DNA of 64,000 bases from Lama glama (GCA_028534125.1 CM052816.1:11348001-11412000); one strand, 5' to 3'; shown: positions 26,811-40,200, counted from the first letter of the stretch. Numbers and translations: made by a program. Notes: a model not told the origin generated them from the letters alone.

Positions 26811-27897
26811 GTAAGTGTGAATACATCACTGGATCTATATGAGAACCTGGATCCTTTTCAGACCTGTGATTTAAAAAAAAAAAAAGAAATGTGGGTGAAG
26901 ATGCTTTAAAACACCACATTTAGTGGAAGACTTTGGGAAATGAAAGGGAAGAAATTTCTGATTTCATTTGTTATTAACATGTTTATTAATCAAAATGCCA
27001 CATTGTGAAGGGTATTTCCAAGGGAGCCCTATTGTAGATTACTGGTCAGTGGGCCTCTTCCGTTTCTCTGTCTCTTATTGCATTAAGAGAAGATAACAGG
27101 TAGAAATGTACCAAATTTGGAGGATAAACTTGGAATAATCTCACTTAAAATGTAGCCTATCTGCAATATACAGAATTCACTTTGGAAGGTTCCTGGTGAC
27201 TCATTAAAGAGCCAGCAAATTTCCAGCGCAGCTGAGATGGAGGTGCAATAAGACATTGAGGACAGATGTGTCATACCAACTAAGATGTGGACAGATAAAA
27301 AAAAGGCATCTCTTTATATACTCATATGGAATGATCCCTGAGATAAATATTTTAAGTGAGAAAAAGAGCAAGGTGTAGAAGAATGCAACCATTTACATAA
27401 AAAGACTGTTTACATGTATACTTGCCTAGGTGTAGAATTTATCTGGAAGTGCATTGTAAGAACCGCCAATGACGGTTGTCCCCAACAGGTAACTGGGTGG
27501 CTGAGGACAGCTATAGCAGGGGAATTCCTTTTTACTGTGGGAGTTTTGGACCATGTGCACTTATAACCCATTCCAAATAAATAAAATAATTAGAAATATT
27601 AAGTCCTAAGAGGAAAAAAAAAAAGACGTTGACAGGGGAGTTTTCCTCTGTCAGGGAGACAGTGGTTTCAGGTATGAAGCCTTAAGGGAGGGTCTCTGAA
27701 CTGCAAGGATTGATTAGCTGCTTGGCACTTGGGTAACCTCGTGGAGTTATGTCCCTGGATGATGACTTAAGGGTGGTGGTGGATCTTGGGTGGGATGGGC
27801 CACCACGTAATATTATGGAGGTCCCTAGGGAAAGGAACTGAGCCTGTGTGACTCTGAACAGAGACTCGGCTGAACAGAGACCTGGGTCTCCCCCTAG

Positions 27898-28038
27898 GGC
27901 ACGCTGTGTGAGGACTGGCTGGCGGTGCACTGCTGTTGGCCTTTTTCCATCTGTCAAGTGGCCCGGGAACTCAAGATGAGGACCTCCCAACTCTACGAAA
28001 TCTATGCAGCCCCTTTGACTAAAGAAACTTTTATTTGA
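27898..28038 (+). CDS. PLAC8L1: PLAC8-like 1, last coding exon
   Basis: Acceptor ctccccctag|, GTLCEDWLAVHCCWPFSICQVARELKMRTSQLYEIYAAPLTKETFI* with the QxxRELK motif. The four exons sum to 540 nt = 179 aa plus stop. Confidence 0.95.
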   Translation, partial: GTLCEDWLAVHCCWPFSICQVARELKMRTSQLYEIYAAPLTKETFI

Positions 28039-28123
28039 CAGGGTAAGAAAACTCGTCCTCACTCCTCTCAAACCTCTCTTAGTAGAGAGATTGTTCTTCA
28101 TAATCTCACTGAAATAATCTGAA

Positions 28124-28129
28124 AATAAA
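28124..28129 (+). terminator. PLAC8L1: Candidate PLAC8L1 polyadenylation signal
   Basis: AATAAA about 85 nt after the stop, followed by GT/T-rich sequence. Confidence 0.6.
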
Positions 28130-28580
28130 TGATTTCCCCTGCTGTATTCACTGGTGCCCTTTCTTTGTACATATCCCCAAGGAAAACTCTGTTATTTGTC
28201 ACAACTTGCCATCCCAGCCCAGCCACAATAGGCCGATTATGAGTTTTGTGCCCTCCACCACCCTGCCTGGGGTTTTGGAATGTTGCATTTCCCCCCATCT
28301 TCCCCCTTTCATGAGGCGTATCTGGGAAGCTGGAAGAATTGCTATATGGCTTTCTTATGCTAAGCTTCTTTTCCCAAAGTACCAGTGATGGGGCAGGAGG
28401 TGGTTAATTTTATTTAGCACCTGGACTGGGCACTAAGTGTCACTGCACTACAGAAGTGTTGTCCTGACTCCTTCAGCCCTGACTGCGTAAAGGAGAAAGT
28501 CTCAGGTGGTTGTTGATCTTGAACAGCTCTCTAGTGCTTGCAAATCTTCAGCCCTAGACTCAAAGCCTTCGGAAGGCAAC

Positions 28581-29119
28581 TGTTAACAGGTTGAATTTTG
28601 TCCCCTCCCTCCCCCTTCCTACCAAAAAGATGCTGAAATCCTAACTCCTGGTATCTGTCAATGTGACCTTATCTGAAAATAGGGTGGAAATAGGGTCTTA
28701 CAGATGTAATTAAGTTGAGGTCATTAGGTGGGCCCTGATCTGGTATGACTGCTGTCCTTACAAGAAAAAGAGATGAGACACAGAGGAAGAGACACACAGA
28801 GGGAAGACAGCCGTGTGAAGATGGAGACAGAGATTGGAGTGATGCTGCCACAAGCCAAGAAATGCCTTGGGTACCAGGAGCTGGAAGCGGTGGGGGGATA
28901 TCCTCCCCTAGAGGACCCAGAGACAGCGTGGCCCTGCCAACATCTTCTGGACTTCCAGCCTTCAGAACTGTGAGAGAGTAAGTTTCTGGTTTTTCTGTTT
29001 TGTTTTGTTTTTTGTTTTTAACTGAAGTATAGTTGATTTACAAAGTTGTGTTGGCTTCTGTTGGCTTAAGCCACCCAGTGTGTGGTCATTTGTTACAGCA
29101 GCCTTAGGAAGCTAATTCA
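28581..29119 (+). mobile_element. MLT1-type solo LTR carrying a short L1-tail insertion
   Basis: aatgtgaccttatctgaaaatagg, gagattggagtgatgctgccacaagccaag, ttaagccacccagtgtgtggtcatttgttacagcagcc. Confidence 0.88.
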
Positions 29120-29515
29120 CCAAGCATCTACTGTGTGGTTAGAATACTCTTGTTTTTTATAGGGTAGCGGCACAGAGCAGTGCTGAGGCACCTGGGGTCT
29201 GAAGACAAAGTGCCTCCTTCGTTTACTGATTGTAGTGCTAGGGGCAGATCTGCTCATCTTGCTGTGCCTCAATTTCTTCCTTTGTAAAATGACAGTACCG
29301 ACCTTAGAGGGCTGTGAGGATCCTAACCAGTCAAGACACTTAGCACAGTGCCTGGAAAGGAGTGCGGACTTCGTAAATATGAGCTATTATTACCATTTAC
29401 TGCTAAATTATATTCATAGCAAGTTATATAATTTTCCATCTACAGTTGGGATATAAAGCTTTCTTTTCAATCAAGTTTTAGATTAAAACTGGGTTGATTA
29501 AAATAAGGATGGAGT

Positions 29516-29650
29516 GGGGAGGGTACAGCTCAGTGGTAGAGAGCATGCTTAGCATGCACGGGGTCCTGGGTTCAACCCCCAGTACCTCTGTTAAAAAAAA
29601 GAAAGAAAGAAAGAAACCTAAGTATCTCCTCCTCCAAAAAAAAAAAAAAA
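29516..29650 (+). mobile_element. tRNA-derived SINE (Vic-1-like)
   Basis: ggggagggtacagctcagtggtagagagcatgcttagcatgcacggggtcctgggttcaacccccagtacc, then (GAAA)n and poly-A. No clear TSD. Confidence 0.88.
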
Positions 29651-30287
29651 GAACATTAGGTAAATAATCATATACATGGTTGGTGGATATGGTGAACCTT
29701 GGGAAGGTGGTAAAACATGAATTATGTTGAGCACCTGTGTGTGCCAGGCTCTGTTCAAAGCACTCTACATGTTTTAAGATATTTAATCCTTAACATTCCT
29801 CAAGAAGGTGCTATTATAGCTCCATTTTCCAGATAAGAACCTGAGCCACAGAGAGGTTAGGTAACTCGCCCAAGGCCACAGAGCTGGTAAGTGATAAGCA
29901 GTCAGGCTCTTGAGGCTGTGCCCCTGGCCTCTGCACTAAGCAAGCAGAAGCAGCTTGTGGCTGAGGCCTTTTTGGGCCTTCATGGTGGTACAAACAGGAG
30001 TTTGCTCCAGGGAGGTGAACTCCGCCTAGTAAGCATGGAGAGATGTCACTCACTCCTGCTTCCAGCTCTCCCCACCAAAACAAAGCAGTTTCTGCGTGAC
30101 AAAGTGACCCCTCTCCTCCCAACCCTTCTTTCTGGATGTCCAGGGAAGCTGCCAGGAACCAAAGCCCTTTGGGAGCAATAACATGCTCAGTGCTGACGCT
30201 GAACACATGATAAAGTAGTCCCTTCTCCAGCCACCTACTGAAAAAACCAGGCCTGAGGGACGAGTCTATGAAGTCAGAATAACCGGT

Positions 30288-30293
30288 TTTATT
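30288..30293 (-). terminator. Candidate distal polyadenylation signal on the SH3RF2 strand
   Basis: tttatt on + (AATAAA on -), with a downstream GTTTTTT element on - at about 30241-30249. A second AATAAA on - lies at 31268-31273. Confidence 0.4.
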
Positions 30294-33200
30294 GTTTCAT
30301 GAGAAAACACATACCACGCTTCACAAGCTGTCACCTGGGAACAACACGGATTTTTGGCAAAGGGGTCTTGGATGACCTGTCCGCTCTCACACGATGACCC
30401 CTCCCTGCGCGCAGAGCAGAGGTACTTCCCACACCAGTTACAGGCCCGGTGCTTTTCTCGGCTGCGATCAGAGGTGCAAATGAACCTCTCTAGCAAGGGA
30501 GCCCCTTTTTGCCCTTTGCAGCTTCTGATCAGTCTGGGCAGCAGAGCAAACTTAACACCTCATTAGAGCCCCAAACCCAAACAAGTAAAACTCTGGGTCC
30601 TAAAAGCACTGAGTCTGCCACTGAATCATGGAACATAAAACAGAAATGACACGTGGTAGTGCTTTGAAAACCGATGGTGGAGAGTGGTCCTAAAGCAGGG
30701 AGGCTACGGGCCCTGACTTCCAGTTTCCTCTAGAACTTGTCAAGTCCATGAAGAAAGGACTTCACAAAGACAGGTGTTTCCTTCCCCAGAGAAAAGTTAT
30801 CCGACATCAAATGTTTAGGTGAGAGATGACAGCTCTGATACTCAGCTTCCCGCTTCCTCAGACTTAACAAGATGCTGTTGGCGGAACAAATCTGAGAGTT
30901 AGCCAACAGCGAAGGCTGTTCTGTGTGTTTTTCTTCTTGCTAGAAAATTCCCTTTGGTTTTCTAAGATGCAAAGTGTGGAACAGATAGATCTCTGATGAC
31001 TCTGGATGGGTACACAACACCAACACACATGCAATAAACATTTCAAAGTAATCTATTATAAAGATTGTTATAAGTTACAAAACCAGAAGACAAACAAATG
31101 AAACCCCACCACACTTCGTGGCTTTACAGTGCAAGATACTAACGAAATAAGCTGCCAGCCCTGGTACTACTTTTTTGGAACAAAGATATGAAAAGTTTGG
31201 AAGTCCTTAAGTGTCCACTGTCCCAGAAAATAATTTCTATATGTTTCTATATTTTATACCTCTAAAGTTTATTTATACAATAGTCCCTAATGAATAATAT
31301 GTTACACCCTTTTAATAAACATTATTCACATACATATCTCATAAAGATTCTCTTTTGGTCTATTAAAAACTGTTTAAAAAAACACCAGAGACACAAGAGT
31401 CCACAGGTTTGTTGCCTATATTTCCATGAAAGAGTGCATTTTTCTCCCTTTCCTCCTTACCCCTAAATAACACCCTCTCCCTTGACCCAACATGTAGTAA
31501 TAAGAAGTAACAGTTTCAGAAAATGAAACTCAAACTTCATGGTTAGCAAACTATTCTCAGGGTCATTTCTGGGCTGAATCATTCTAATTCGTCCTCCTCT
31601 GCCTCCCCACCACCTGCATCCCTTTGTGACCCAGGACAATTTGGAATCTAAATGTTGGAGCTGACAGTCCAAAGATGAAAACTTTAGGAAATTGGGGAAG
31701 CTTTTCTTAAGCTTCTCAGTTCGGCTGGAAACATCAGATTCTTCATTTTGTGCTTTAGGAAAAATATTTGGCTCTTTGGCTAAGCAGTTTCCAAGGAAAA
31801 GCTAAAATCTTCATGAAACCCTCTATGAAACTATGAGCCATGGAAAGTGCCCAGAGATGTGAAAAACAGCAAGTATCAAAATGAGGAGTGGTGGTTTCCT
31901 GCTGTTCTGAATGTCAGAGGGGGAAGCCAATCTCAGAAGAAGAATATCTAGGCGAGAGGGCCTTGAAGACAAGGCTATAATTAGCCAATGTGATCTCACG
32001 GTTTCTGGGGATTAGAAGTTGCGTTGCCCCCCACACTCGACCCTGTCCAATTTACACTACTTGCTTTTGTGTGGATGGCTTATCTGTATATAACCTTTCC
32101 ATATATCATATATAAAACTAAAAGTCCTTCCACCTCTAACCTTCTATGACTTTACCCTGGAAAGTGAAGTCATTGAAATCTATTTATAGCTGGGCTATAA
32201 GGCCTCCTGGTCATAACAAGTACATTCCAGAATCTAAAGGCAGCATCTCTACACATTCATTGCTGCTGAGGCTAAAGAGGAGCCAACCAAACCCAAATTC
32301 CTCCCAGAGGAAATGGAACCAACACAGTCACAGTAGTTAGGGGAAAAGGGAGGACAGACTGTTGGCAGCACCATCACTGACCCTGTGTGAGAAGGAGATG
32401 TCATCACTACGTTATCCCTTCTGTGGTCTCCTGATACCTCTTGCCTTCTCACTCACCTCTTGGCAGATAAAGCCAATACTGCAGGACTTCTTTGCTTATT
32501 ATCACCTTCCCCTGAGGTTAACCGCAAGAAAGGCATGATTAAGACGTCTTAGTTATTCATCCCATTAAGAGATGAGTGCAGTTTGAGCCCTGAATGTGAC
32601 AGCATCATACAGAAGAAAACATTTCTGTAACCACAAAATACAATCCTTATTTGACTAATAGTTTGGCTGATGCTTGCTCCTGTTTACCGGCAGGACTGGA
32701 TGAAAGACTGAGGATGCTTCAATGCAAAATTCTGATCATGAACTTTAAAACCACTAACATATCCAAATCATGCTGCATTCTTGTTATTGTCTGATAATCA
32801 GGGAAGCATGTGCTTTTAGAAATGAAATTCTTATTGATGTCTTAAAATGGGGGAGAAGATGAAAACATATGGCTCAGTCTTAGAGTATTTGTGCATTTCA
32901 TTTATCTGTGTAGTATTTCTCTCAGGTTAGCACAATTTAAAATTTACATTTTAAATTATAGTCTTTTAAAAACCGAAGGTAGACTATCTTCCAATGTCTT
33001 CTTTAAAATGGCTTATTTCTGAACAAGAAAGTATGTATGGTTATAACTAATTTTTTTATCTTTAGACTTGAAATAGCCTCTCAGGAAGCTCTGCATTCTG
33101 TGGCATCTCTCTTAAGACATCATGCATTTTTCTGGTCTGAGATTCTTTGTGTACTAAGTCTTTATTTCCTTGATTGGTGTGTTTTAACAAAAACCCTCTG

Positions 33201-33949
33201 GATCAGAAAGTGTCAGGGCAGAAAGACAGAATAGAATTGGAAAGGAAAAGAACGCGTATGTGGTGGAGTCAGGGGATGGGGTGAAGCCTGGGGACGTGGT
33301 GAAGAAGCACTAGCCTCTCTGGCTTGAATACCTGAGAGGAGAATATTATGCCATCCCCTGCACTGCTCTAAATCTGAGCTAGAGAGACTGGCCAGACACA
33401 GCGCTGGAAGGCATTTGATGTCCAGTCCTTTCACTTGTCAGTTAGGTGCTAAGGTGTGAGAAATTGGCAAGACAGAGTTTGGCTTTGGTAGCAGATCCAA
33501 ATAACAAGAGGGATGGGAGTCTGGTGTAACCTGTAACAGCACGTGACTCATTTGCTTGTTCTGTCCTGGCCCGTCACCCACTGATACTGTGGGAAGACAG
33601 ATTGGCTTTTTCTCCTATTACCCTCTGTCTTGGAGGCCAGCCTATTGGTATTCCTGTGCCATCCCTGATGTCCAAGGAATAGCACATGGTCTGTAACTCT
33701 GCACGGAGCAGTTTCCATCCAAGCAGATGATTTGTTCTCTTCAGTATCCGGTTGTTGATAGTTCCTCCTGGGAAGATTTCCAATGCAGGTTCTGTGAAGG
33801 TGAAAAAGACTTCAGAATCTGCTGTATGAATGCAGCCTGGTTAAAACTAGAGTTCTTTAAAATTCTTAAGTCTTTGGGGGCAGGAATCTGTCTTTTCATT
33901 TCACAGAAGAGATGTCCTGTCCTCGGTTCATCACATGGGGAAGTACAGA

Positions 33950-35135
33950 CCATCGATTTTCCCATTATTGGTGACGCTAACTTTGGTCTTTTGGTTAAGG
34001 TGGTGGTCTACCAGGTTTCTTCACTATAAAGTTGCTGTTTCCCCTTGGTGACTAATAAGTATCCTTTAAAGTGTGCACCGACCCTCTTCAAGCTTTCACC
34101 CACTGGTTTTAATATCCGTTGATGATTCTTGCCTGAACTAGTTATTACTGTAGTGGTTACCAAAGGGTGATTTTTAAAAATTCCATCATTCCTTCTACAC
34201 TTTGTAGTTGGAAGTTTAAGGAAGAACTTTACCTTCTAGAACCATCATTTATCTGTTTAATTAATTCATTAATTTGTATAGACTTGGGGATTCCTGTTTG
34301 ATTATTTGTAGAGATCATCATCCATTACTGCCAAAAGTAGATAATCTGAATCTATTGATGTTCTTATATATCAGACAAACCCTAATTGAGAGACATTCTA
34401 TGAAATAAATGGTCTATGTTCTTTGAAATGCCAAAATCAATGGATCCTGGGGAACTGTTACAGATTAAAAGAAAATAAAGAGATACAACAAATGCAGTAT
34501 GTGGTCCCGGTTGGGATCCTAGACAATACATTAAAGTGTATTTTCTCTATAAAGGAAAGGAGTAGGACAATTAAAAACATAGCAGAGCAGAGGGGAGGGT
34601 GTAGCTCAGTGGTAGAGTGCTTGCCTAGCTCGCACAAGTTCCTGCATTTAATTCCCAATACCTCTGTTTAAAAAAGCAAACAAACAAAAAAACCCCTAAA
34701 ATTACCTTCCCTCCTTTAAAAGAATTTTAAAAAGAAAAAAACTTTTTTAAAGAAATTAAAAAATTAGCAGAGCAATTAGATAAAATCTATGGGCTAGTTA
34801 TTAGTACTATATCAATGTTAATTTCCTGATTTTGATAACTGTGTTGTTGTTATGCAACATCCTTGTTTTTAGGAAATACACACTTTTAGGGAAAAACATT
34901 TAGGGAAAAATAGGCATTTGATTTTTAGTTTGTTCTCAAATGGTTCATAAAAATTATATATATAATTTATATTACATTTTAATTTAATAATTAATATATA
35001 ATATATGAAAGAAAGAGGATCAAAGCAAACATAGTAAAATGTTAATATCTAGGGATCCTAGTTCTAAAGGGTATTTAGGGACTCCTTGTACTATTTTAGC
35101 AACACTTCTGTAAGTCTGAAATTATTTAAAAAATA
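33950..35135. mobile_element. Old L1 (L1MC-like) fragments in both orientations, with a nested SINE
   Basis: ttccatcattccttctacac; tagtactatatcaatgttaatttcctgattttgataactg; ctgtaagtctgaaattattt. Confidence 0.7.
34592..34763 (+). mobile_element. tRNA-derived SINE (Vic-1-like) nested in old L1
   Basis: ggggagggtgtagctcagtggtagag head. TSD core tagcagagca at 34580-34589 and 34765-34774. Confidence 0.85.
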
Positions 35136-36839
35136 AAGTTAAAATCCACAAGGCCCCAGAATTTCTCCAAGGCCTCAAATGTTTTATTTCGATTTCTAAA
35201 CTCAACCTGCATCCCTGTCATCCCTGCGTATGTCACCAACGTCCTCCCCTCCCTGCCCAGCCCCCAGCGGCTTTTCTCTTCCTGAGGCTGAGAATGCTCA
35301 GAGGGAAGGGCAGCCAACACTTCTGGCCACCCCTTGTCCAGGTGAGAGCAGGCAGTTTGGATGGGCATCACAGGAGCTGGCTGCTCCCCACGACTTTGCT
35401 GCCAGGGCTTGGCTCTTGGCCCTTCTGGGTGCAAATGAAGTCCCAAATGACCACAGTGATGGAGGACAGGAGAAAGCTCAAAGGATGATGGGAAATTGGT
35501 CCAATAACACTTACGAAGACTTGCTTGCTAAAAGGCCCAGGCTCAGAGTTTGTCTACAAGTGAGTTCCCATGAAAACCCAGAAAACAGGAAATAAGTAGG
35601 AAAGGGAATTGTTCATCTTCTGTCCAATTTTTCAATCTGGGGCCTGATTTCCTTTCTATCCAAGGACTCATGCTGACTTAACAGGCCAGTTTTCTCTTTG
35701 GGGAAACTTTAATGATGATCACATCCATAGTCTTTGTGGAGCGGCGGGAGACAGTCGGACCATGCAAGCCAAGTTTATGGGGAACACTGGTTTGGGGAGT
35801 CTGACTTAAGCCCCCACTCTCCAAAGGCAGAACTATGATTCGTGGCTACAGAGACCGAGGATAGTGAAGGAACAGGAGCTTTCAAGCAGGCAGTCACATT
35901 TAGGCTCAAAACTGAGCTTCTCTGCGCCCTCAGAGCCTGCCAGTGCAACGCAGGCCTTACCTGAGGACGTGTTCCACTCAGCACAACAGTAAATCAGAGG
36001 CTCCAGGTGGCTGCATGGCATGAACACAAAGTCTGTGATTCCTAGGACGCATTCTGTGTCCCATCACTGCAGTAAGTTACACAGGCTTTGGACTTGCTGT
36101 CTCCACGGTACAGCCTCACACGTGGGCAGGCGTTTCAGCCTGCTGGTCACAACTGTTGGCCCTTATAAGGGGGGGGGGTGCCTGGATTAGACACACCCTG
36201 CTTCTCTTCCCTGTGCCTGGATGGGTGCCAGTGCTGATGCTGGGCACGTGCCTTTGGAGATGGGTCAACCTGTTACTATCACAGTGGGCCCAGAAGAGAC
36301 TGCTTTGGCCTGGGGTCAGCAGCTGGAGGCACATCCCTCCAAGACTGGAGGCTAGGTGATTTGCGACTACTGCTTCTGGATCCCAAGGGAGCAGTGGTGG
36401 TTTGTTAGCTCTAACTACATTTATTGTGATGTAGCATTTCTGAGAGTGAGTGCAGGGGCAGGGAAGTAATAAGGAAGTAAGTACTGAGGGAAGGAAGGCT
36501 GGCTGCCACATGAATCTGACCTTCTAGGTTGTGCTAAATGATGTAGAGAGAACTTTAAGATCCACTGACATTTTAATAGACATCTGAACAGTCCATCAGT
36601 GATAGGCGGTACGAACACACCTATGGCTGGCTTTGTGCAGTCCTGGGTAGCAGCCCTTATTAGTCCTTTGTCAACAGGCCAGGGAGTTTGGGATTAGGCA
36701 GGTAATAATTCTTTGCTTAGTGAGCACTAAGAAGACAGGTCTGTTTGAAGTAGAAAACCCTGATGTCTGCAAGAAAGCTTTTGTGTCTCATCTTAAATGA
36801 GGTGGCAAGCAGTTAGCAGCATACAATAGAATCAGATTG

Positions 36840-37207
36840 CCTACGTTTATTTCCAAACCTTTCCTGGCCACCTTGCCTAATGTGGCTTATACCCCGCAGC
36901 CATTCTCTGTCCCATCTCTTTGTTTCCTTCATAACTTCTGTCATATAGAAATGATTCTGGTGGGGAGGGTATAGCTCAGTGGTGGAGTGCGTGCTTAGGA
37001 TGTATGAGGTCCTGGGTTCAATCCCAGGTACCTCCATAAAAAAAAAATCCTTTGTATTCAGTTGTTTACCATTTACTCCCCTTCATGAAGGCAGGAACAT
37101 TACTTGCATTGTTCACCTCTGTATCCCAACTGGATGGAACAAAACCTTGCACCCAGTAGATGCTCAGTCAATATTTGTGGAATGAAAACAAATGAATAAA
37201 TGAATGA
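36840..37207 (+). mobile_element. L2 3' end, interrupted by a SINE
   Basis: catgaaggcaggaac...cagtagatgctcagtcaatatttgtggaatga...tgaataaatgaatga. Confidence 0.7.
36962..37047 (+). mobile_element. Short tRNA-derived SINE (head plus poly-A only) inserted in L2
   Basis: ggggagggtatagctcagtggtggagtgcgtgcttaggatgtatgaggtcctgggttcaatccc followed directly by an A run. Confidence 0.88.
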
Positions 37208-40200
37208 GGTGACATTGATTTCTACCCAGGAAGAAAACATTCTAAGGCTTTAAATGGAGATGGAGTAAGAGCCAGGACATTGGCTGGAAGCCCCTTGGTC
37301 ATAATGGCGTGTCCAGCAGGGGTTTAACTAATCAACACATGCATTTTCTGACTTACAAAGTGTGCCAGGGACATGTAATTTTTGTTTACTGGCACCAAGG
37401 ATAAGGGATTGTTATTGAAATCAGCAGCCAGCTGGAAACACATCCCTGTCAGACCTATTTGCAAATTAGAATGGACATTTCATAAATTCTGTCAACCTTG
37501 TGAAGCTGCTGGTCCCCAGAGGGATGGCACCAGTGTGCTCACTGGCTGCATTCAGGGTCACAGACGACCCTCAACCTCAAACCTTCAACAGATGAGGACA
37601 GGAGGCAGTAGGGAACCCCAGAAGACAAAAGACTGATGAGGGTTATGGCATAAGATGCACTGAAAAATAACTGTCGTGTTGCCTCACATATTGGCACCAC
37701 TGACAAGCTAATTTAAAAGGTGAAGAGAACAAAGCAGCTGAGATTTCTGGTCTTAAAGAGCCAGCTTCTTTCTGTGACCTTAGACAAGTGATTTATCCTT
37801 GGAGCCTCAGTTGTTTGATCTATAAATAGGGGACAATAATACCCGACTCATGGGAAGTTGTGAGGGTTCAATGAGAAAAGGCATGTAAACAATAATGACA
37901 GCTCACGTTACAGAGCATCTTCTACATGCTGGGCACTGTGCTAACGACTTCATGCCCCTGATCTCACTTAATCCCCACCAAAGCACTCAAGGAAGCACAA
38001 TTAGAACCTGCGTTTTACAGGCAAGGGGATTAAAGGTTGGGAAGATGAAGGGACTTCCCCATGGTAACACAGGGAGGAACTGTAGCATCTGGATTTGAAT
38101 CCAGGTCACCTGACTCATTGTGCTCTTAACCAACCAGCCTGTAACTGACCTTCAAAGGGGTTAACTCAGTACCTGGCACTTAGTACACATGTAATGAATG
38201 GCAGCTAGAAAATTCTGTTCTTATTTTAGCATTTGTCCTGACCACCTGCTTTCGAGCCTTTGTTATGCTTGCCAACTCCTCCAACAGCTACCATTTTTCG
38301 GGTCTCTTCTGCACACCAGCATCTAGCCTATCCGTCTCACTTAATCTTCCCTATATTTTTCACTCTTTAGATGAGTAAAGGAAGTCTCAGAGAGGTTAGT
38401 TAACTTGGTCCAAGGTCAAACAGCCAAGAAGTGGTGGGGCCAGGCTTTGAGCCCAGGGACATGGAAGATTCCAGAGCCCAGGTACTCCTCTCTATGTAAC
38501 AACACTTCTTCATGCTGCCATCTTTCAGAGCCTGTTTCATCTCAGTGAAGCTTTCCTGACAGCTGACACACTCCTTCATCACTCCCCTCTTTCGCTTCTC
38601 TCTGTACCATCGAGCCTAGCTCTTTTCTGTGCCCTCTGTTTTTGAATTGTGTTTCCATTTCCCTTTATTGGTAATAGCTACCATTTATTGAACACTTTGA
38701 GGTACCCAGTGCCACGATCAGAGTTGTATGATCACGTGCATGATCTTGTTTAATTCTGCTGAGAATCCTATGAGGTGGAGGTTCTGATTCCCATTTGACA
38801 GATGAGAAAAGCAGGTTCAAGGAGGTGGTGTTGTAACTTTTCCAAGATGCTTTCATCGTTTGCCAAAGGAAACATAACCAGTAAATGACAAGCTGGGACA
38901 AAATCCCAGATAATTTGGTTTGAAAACCCATCAGCCTAGCTATTATATAATATTGTTTCTCCATATCCTGTAAAGTCCTAGTGGACTGGGAATACAGCTA
39001 GAATAGCTATCCCCAAATCCTCGTTGACTAATGCTTTGAAACCTAGTCTTTACTGGAGGTCTCCATGATGAAGAAGTTCTAAGGTTTCAAACTCGCCAAC
39101 ATCTAAAAAGAATGTAAGCTTAAAAAAGAATCCAGTTTAGAAATACAATGTGCAGAATGGAATATCTGGAAATGTTGTTCCGATATCTAAAATTAGCCTT
39201 CCCTTCCAAACAGTATGGCCCCTTCTGGCTGTCTGACTGCCCTGTTCTTTGTCACGGAAGCTGGCACTATCTCTCTCCAGCTGTGATTGACATGTCCTCC
39301 TCATTCAATGAGGTCCTCCAGCTTTCTCCTAGATAGAGATGTAAACCATCTTCCAAGGAACTGAGTGGGGAAGGGGTAGGAATCCAGGTGCAACCCTTTC
39401 AAGGCTATATTTCTTTGAATTCCTCTTGGTTCTTCAGGTGTTTTTGCTGCCTCCTTACGTTCTGATTCAAGCTTACTTTTGCTTATTTGTGAGAGGCTCC
39501 TGACTGCAAGTAGTTCTCACAATCCTCTTGGATGGTCCATGGAGTCTTGTTTTCATGTGAAAGACATGAGAATGGCTCTGGCCTCCAGAACACGTGTGAT
39601 CTACAGCAGTCAAACTCTGACACTGCAAATGGCCATCAAGTTGGTCAGTCACGCAAGCACTGATTCTAACAGCATTAACCAAGGATGCACAAAATGACTT
39701 GCAAATACCTTTTGCCTTTCTCTCTGGGTCTTGGCTGGCATCCTTTTAGTCCTTACCAGGCTGCAGCTCTTGTCCATTCAGCAGTGACTCTATTTGCATA
39801 ATTAGCTTGCATCTGTGGGTGTGAATTTTCTCCCAAAAGCAATTGTCTTTGAACTTTGGACAAATACCAGCATGGAACACTGGAAGAGGTCAGCTCTCGG
39901 AGCCCTCTTGCTCCCACAGAGAAGATGAGAGTGGGGGTCATTTTGGAAATTATATCCCCCTTCTTCTGGGACTCTGTATCCTTTAGAGTGAGGACAGGCA
40001 AGCCCAGAAATAAACTCACGAAAAGGGAGAGATCTAGGGAATGCAGAATGATCATTGTGTTTTGATGTCAATGGTCCAGAACCACACTGCAAGCTTCGGT
40101 TCTTTTTTAAGTTGCTTGGCTGTGTCTTGCCACCCTTGCAGCTCGGGTAGATTTACTTTTTGGATTTCTCTATATAGAACACTCTCAGTGACCTTCCTTC

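Noticed and set aside
27682..28101. 139-aa - strand ORF
   Set aside because: Antisense shadow of the last PLAC8L1 exon.
36962..37035. tRNA gene-like sequences with A and B boxes (also at the other SINE heads)
   Set aside because: Poly-A tails, TSDs and divergence among copies show they are SINEs, not tRNA genes.
39301..39745. Two overlapping open frames on the - strand that look like a decayed exon (e.g. KLESERKEAAKTPEEPRG)
   Set aside because: No convincing acceptor and no recognisable protein. A tblastx against non-mammalian SH3RF2 loci would be needed to revive it.
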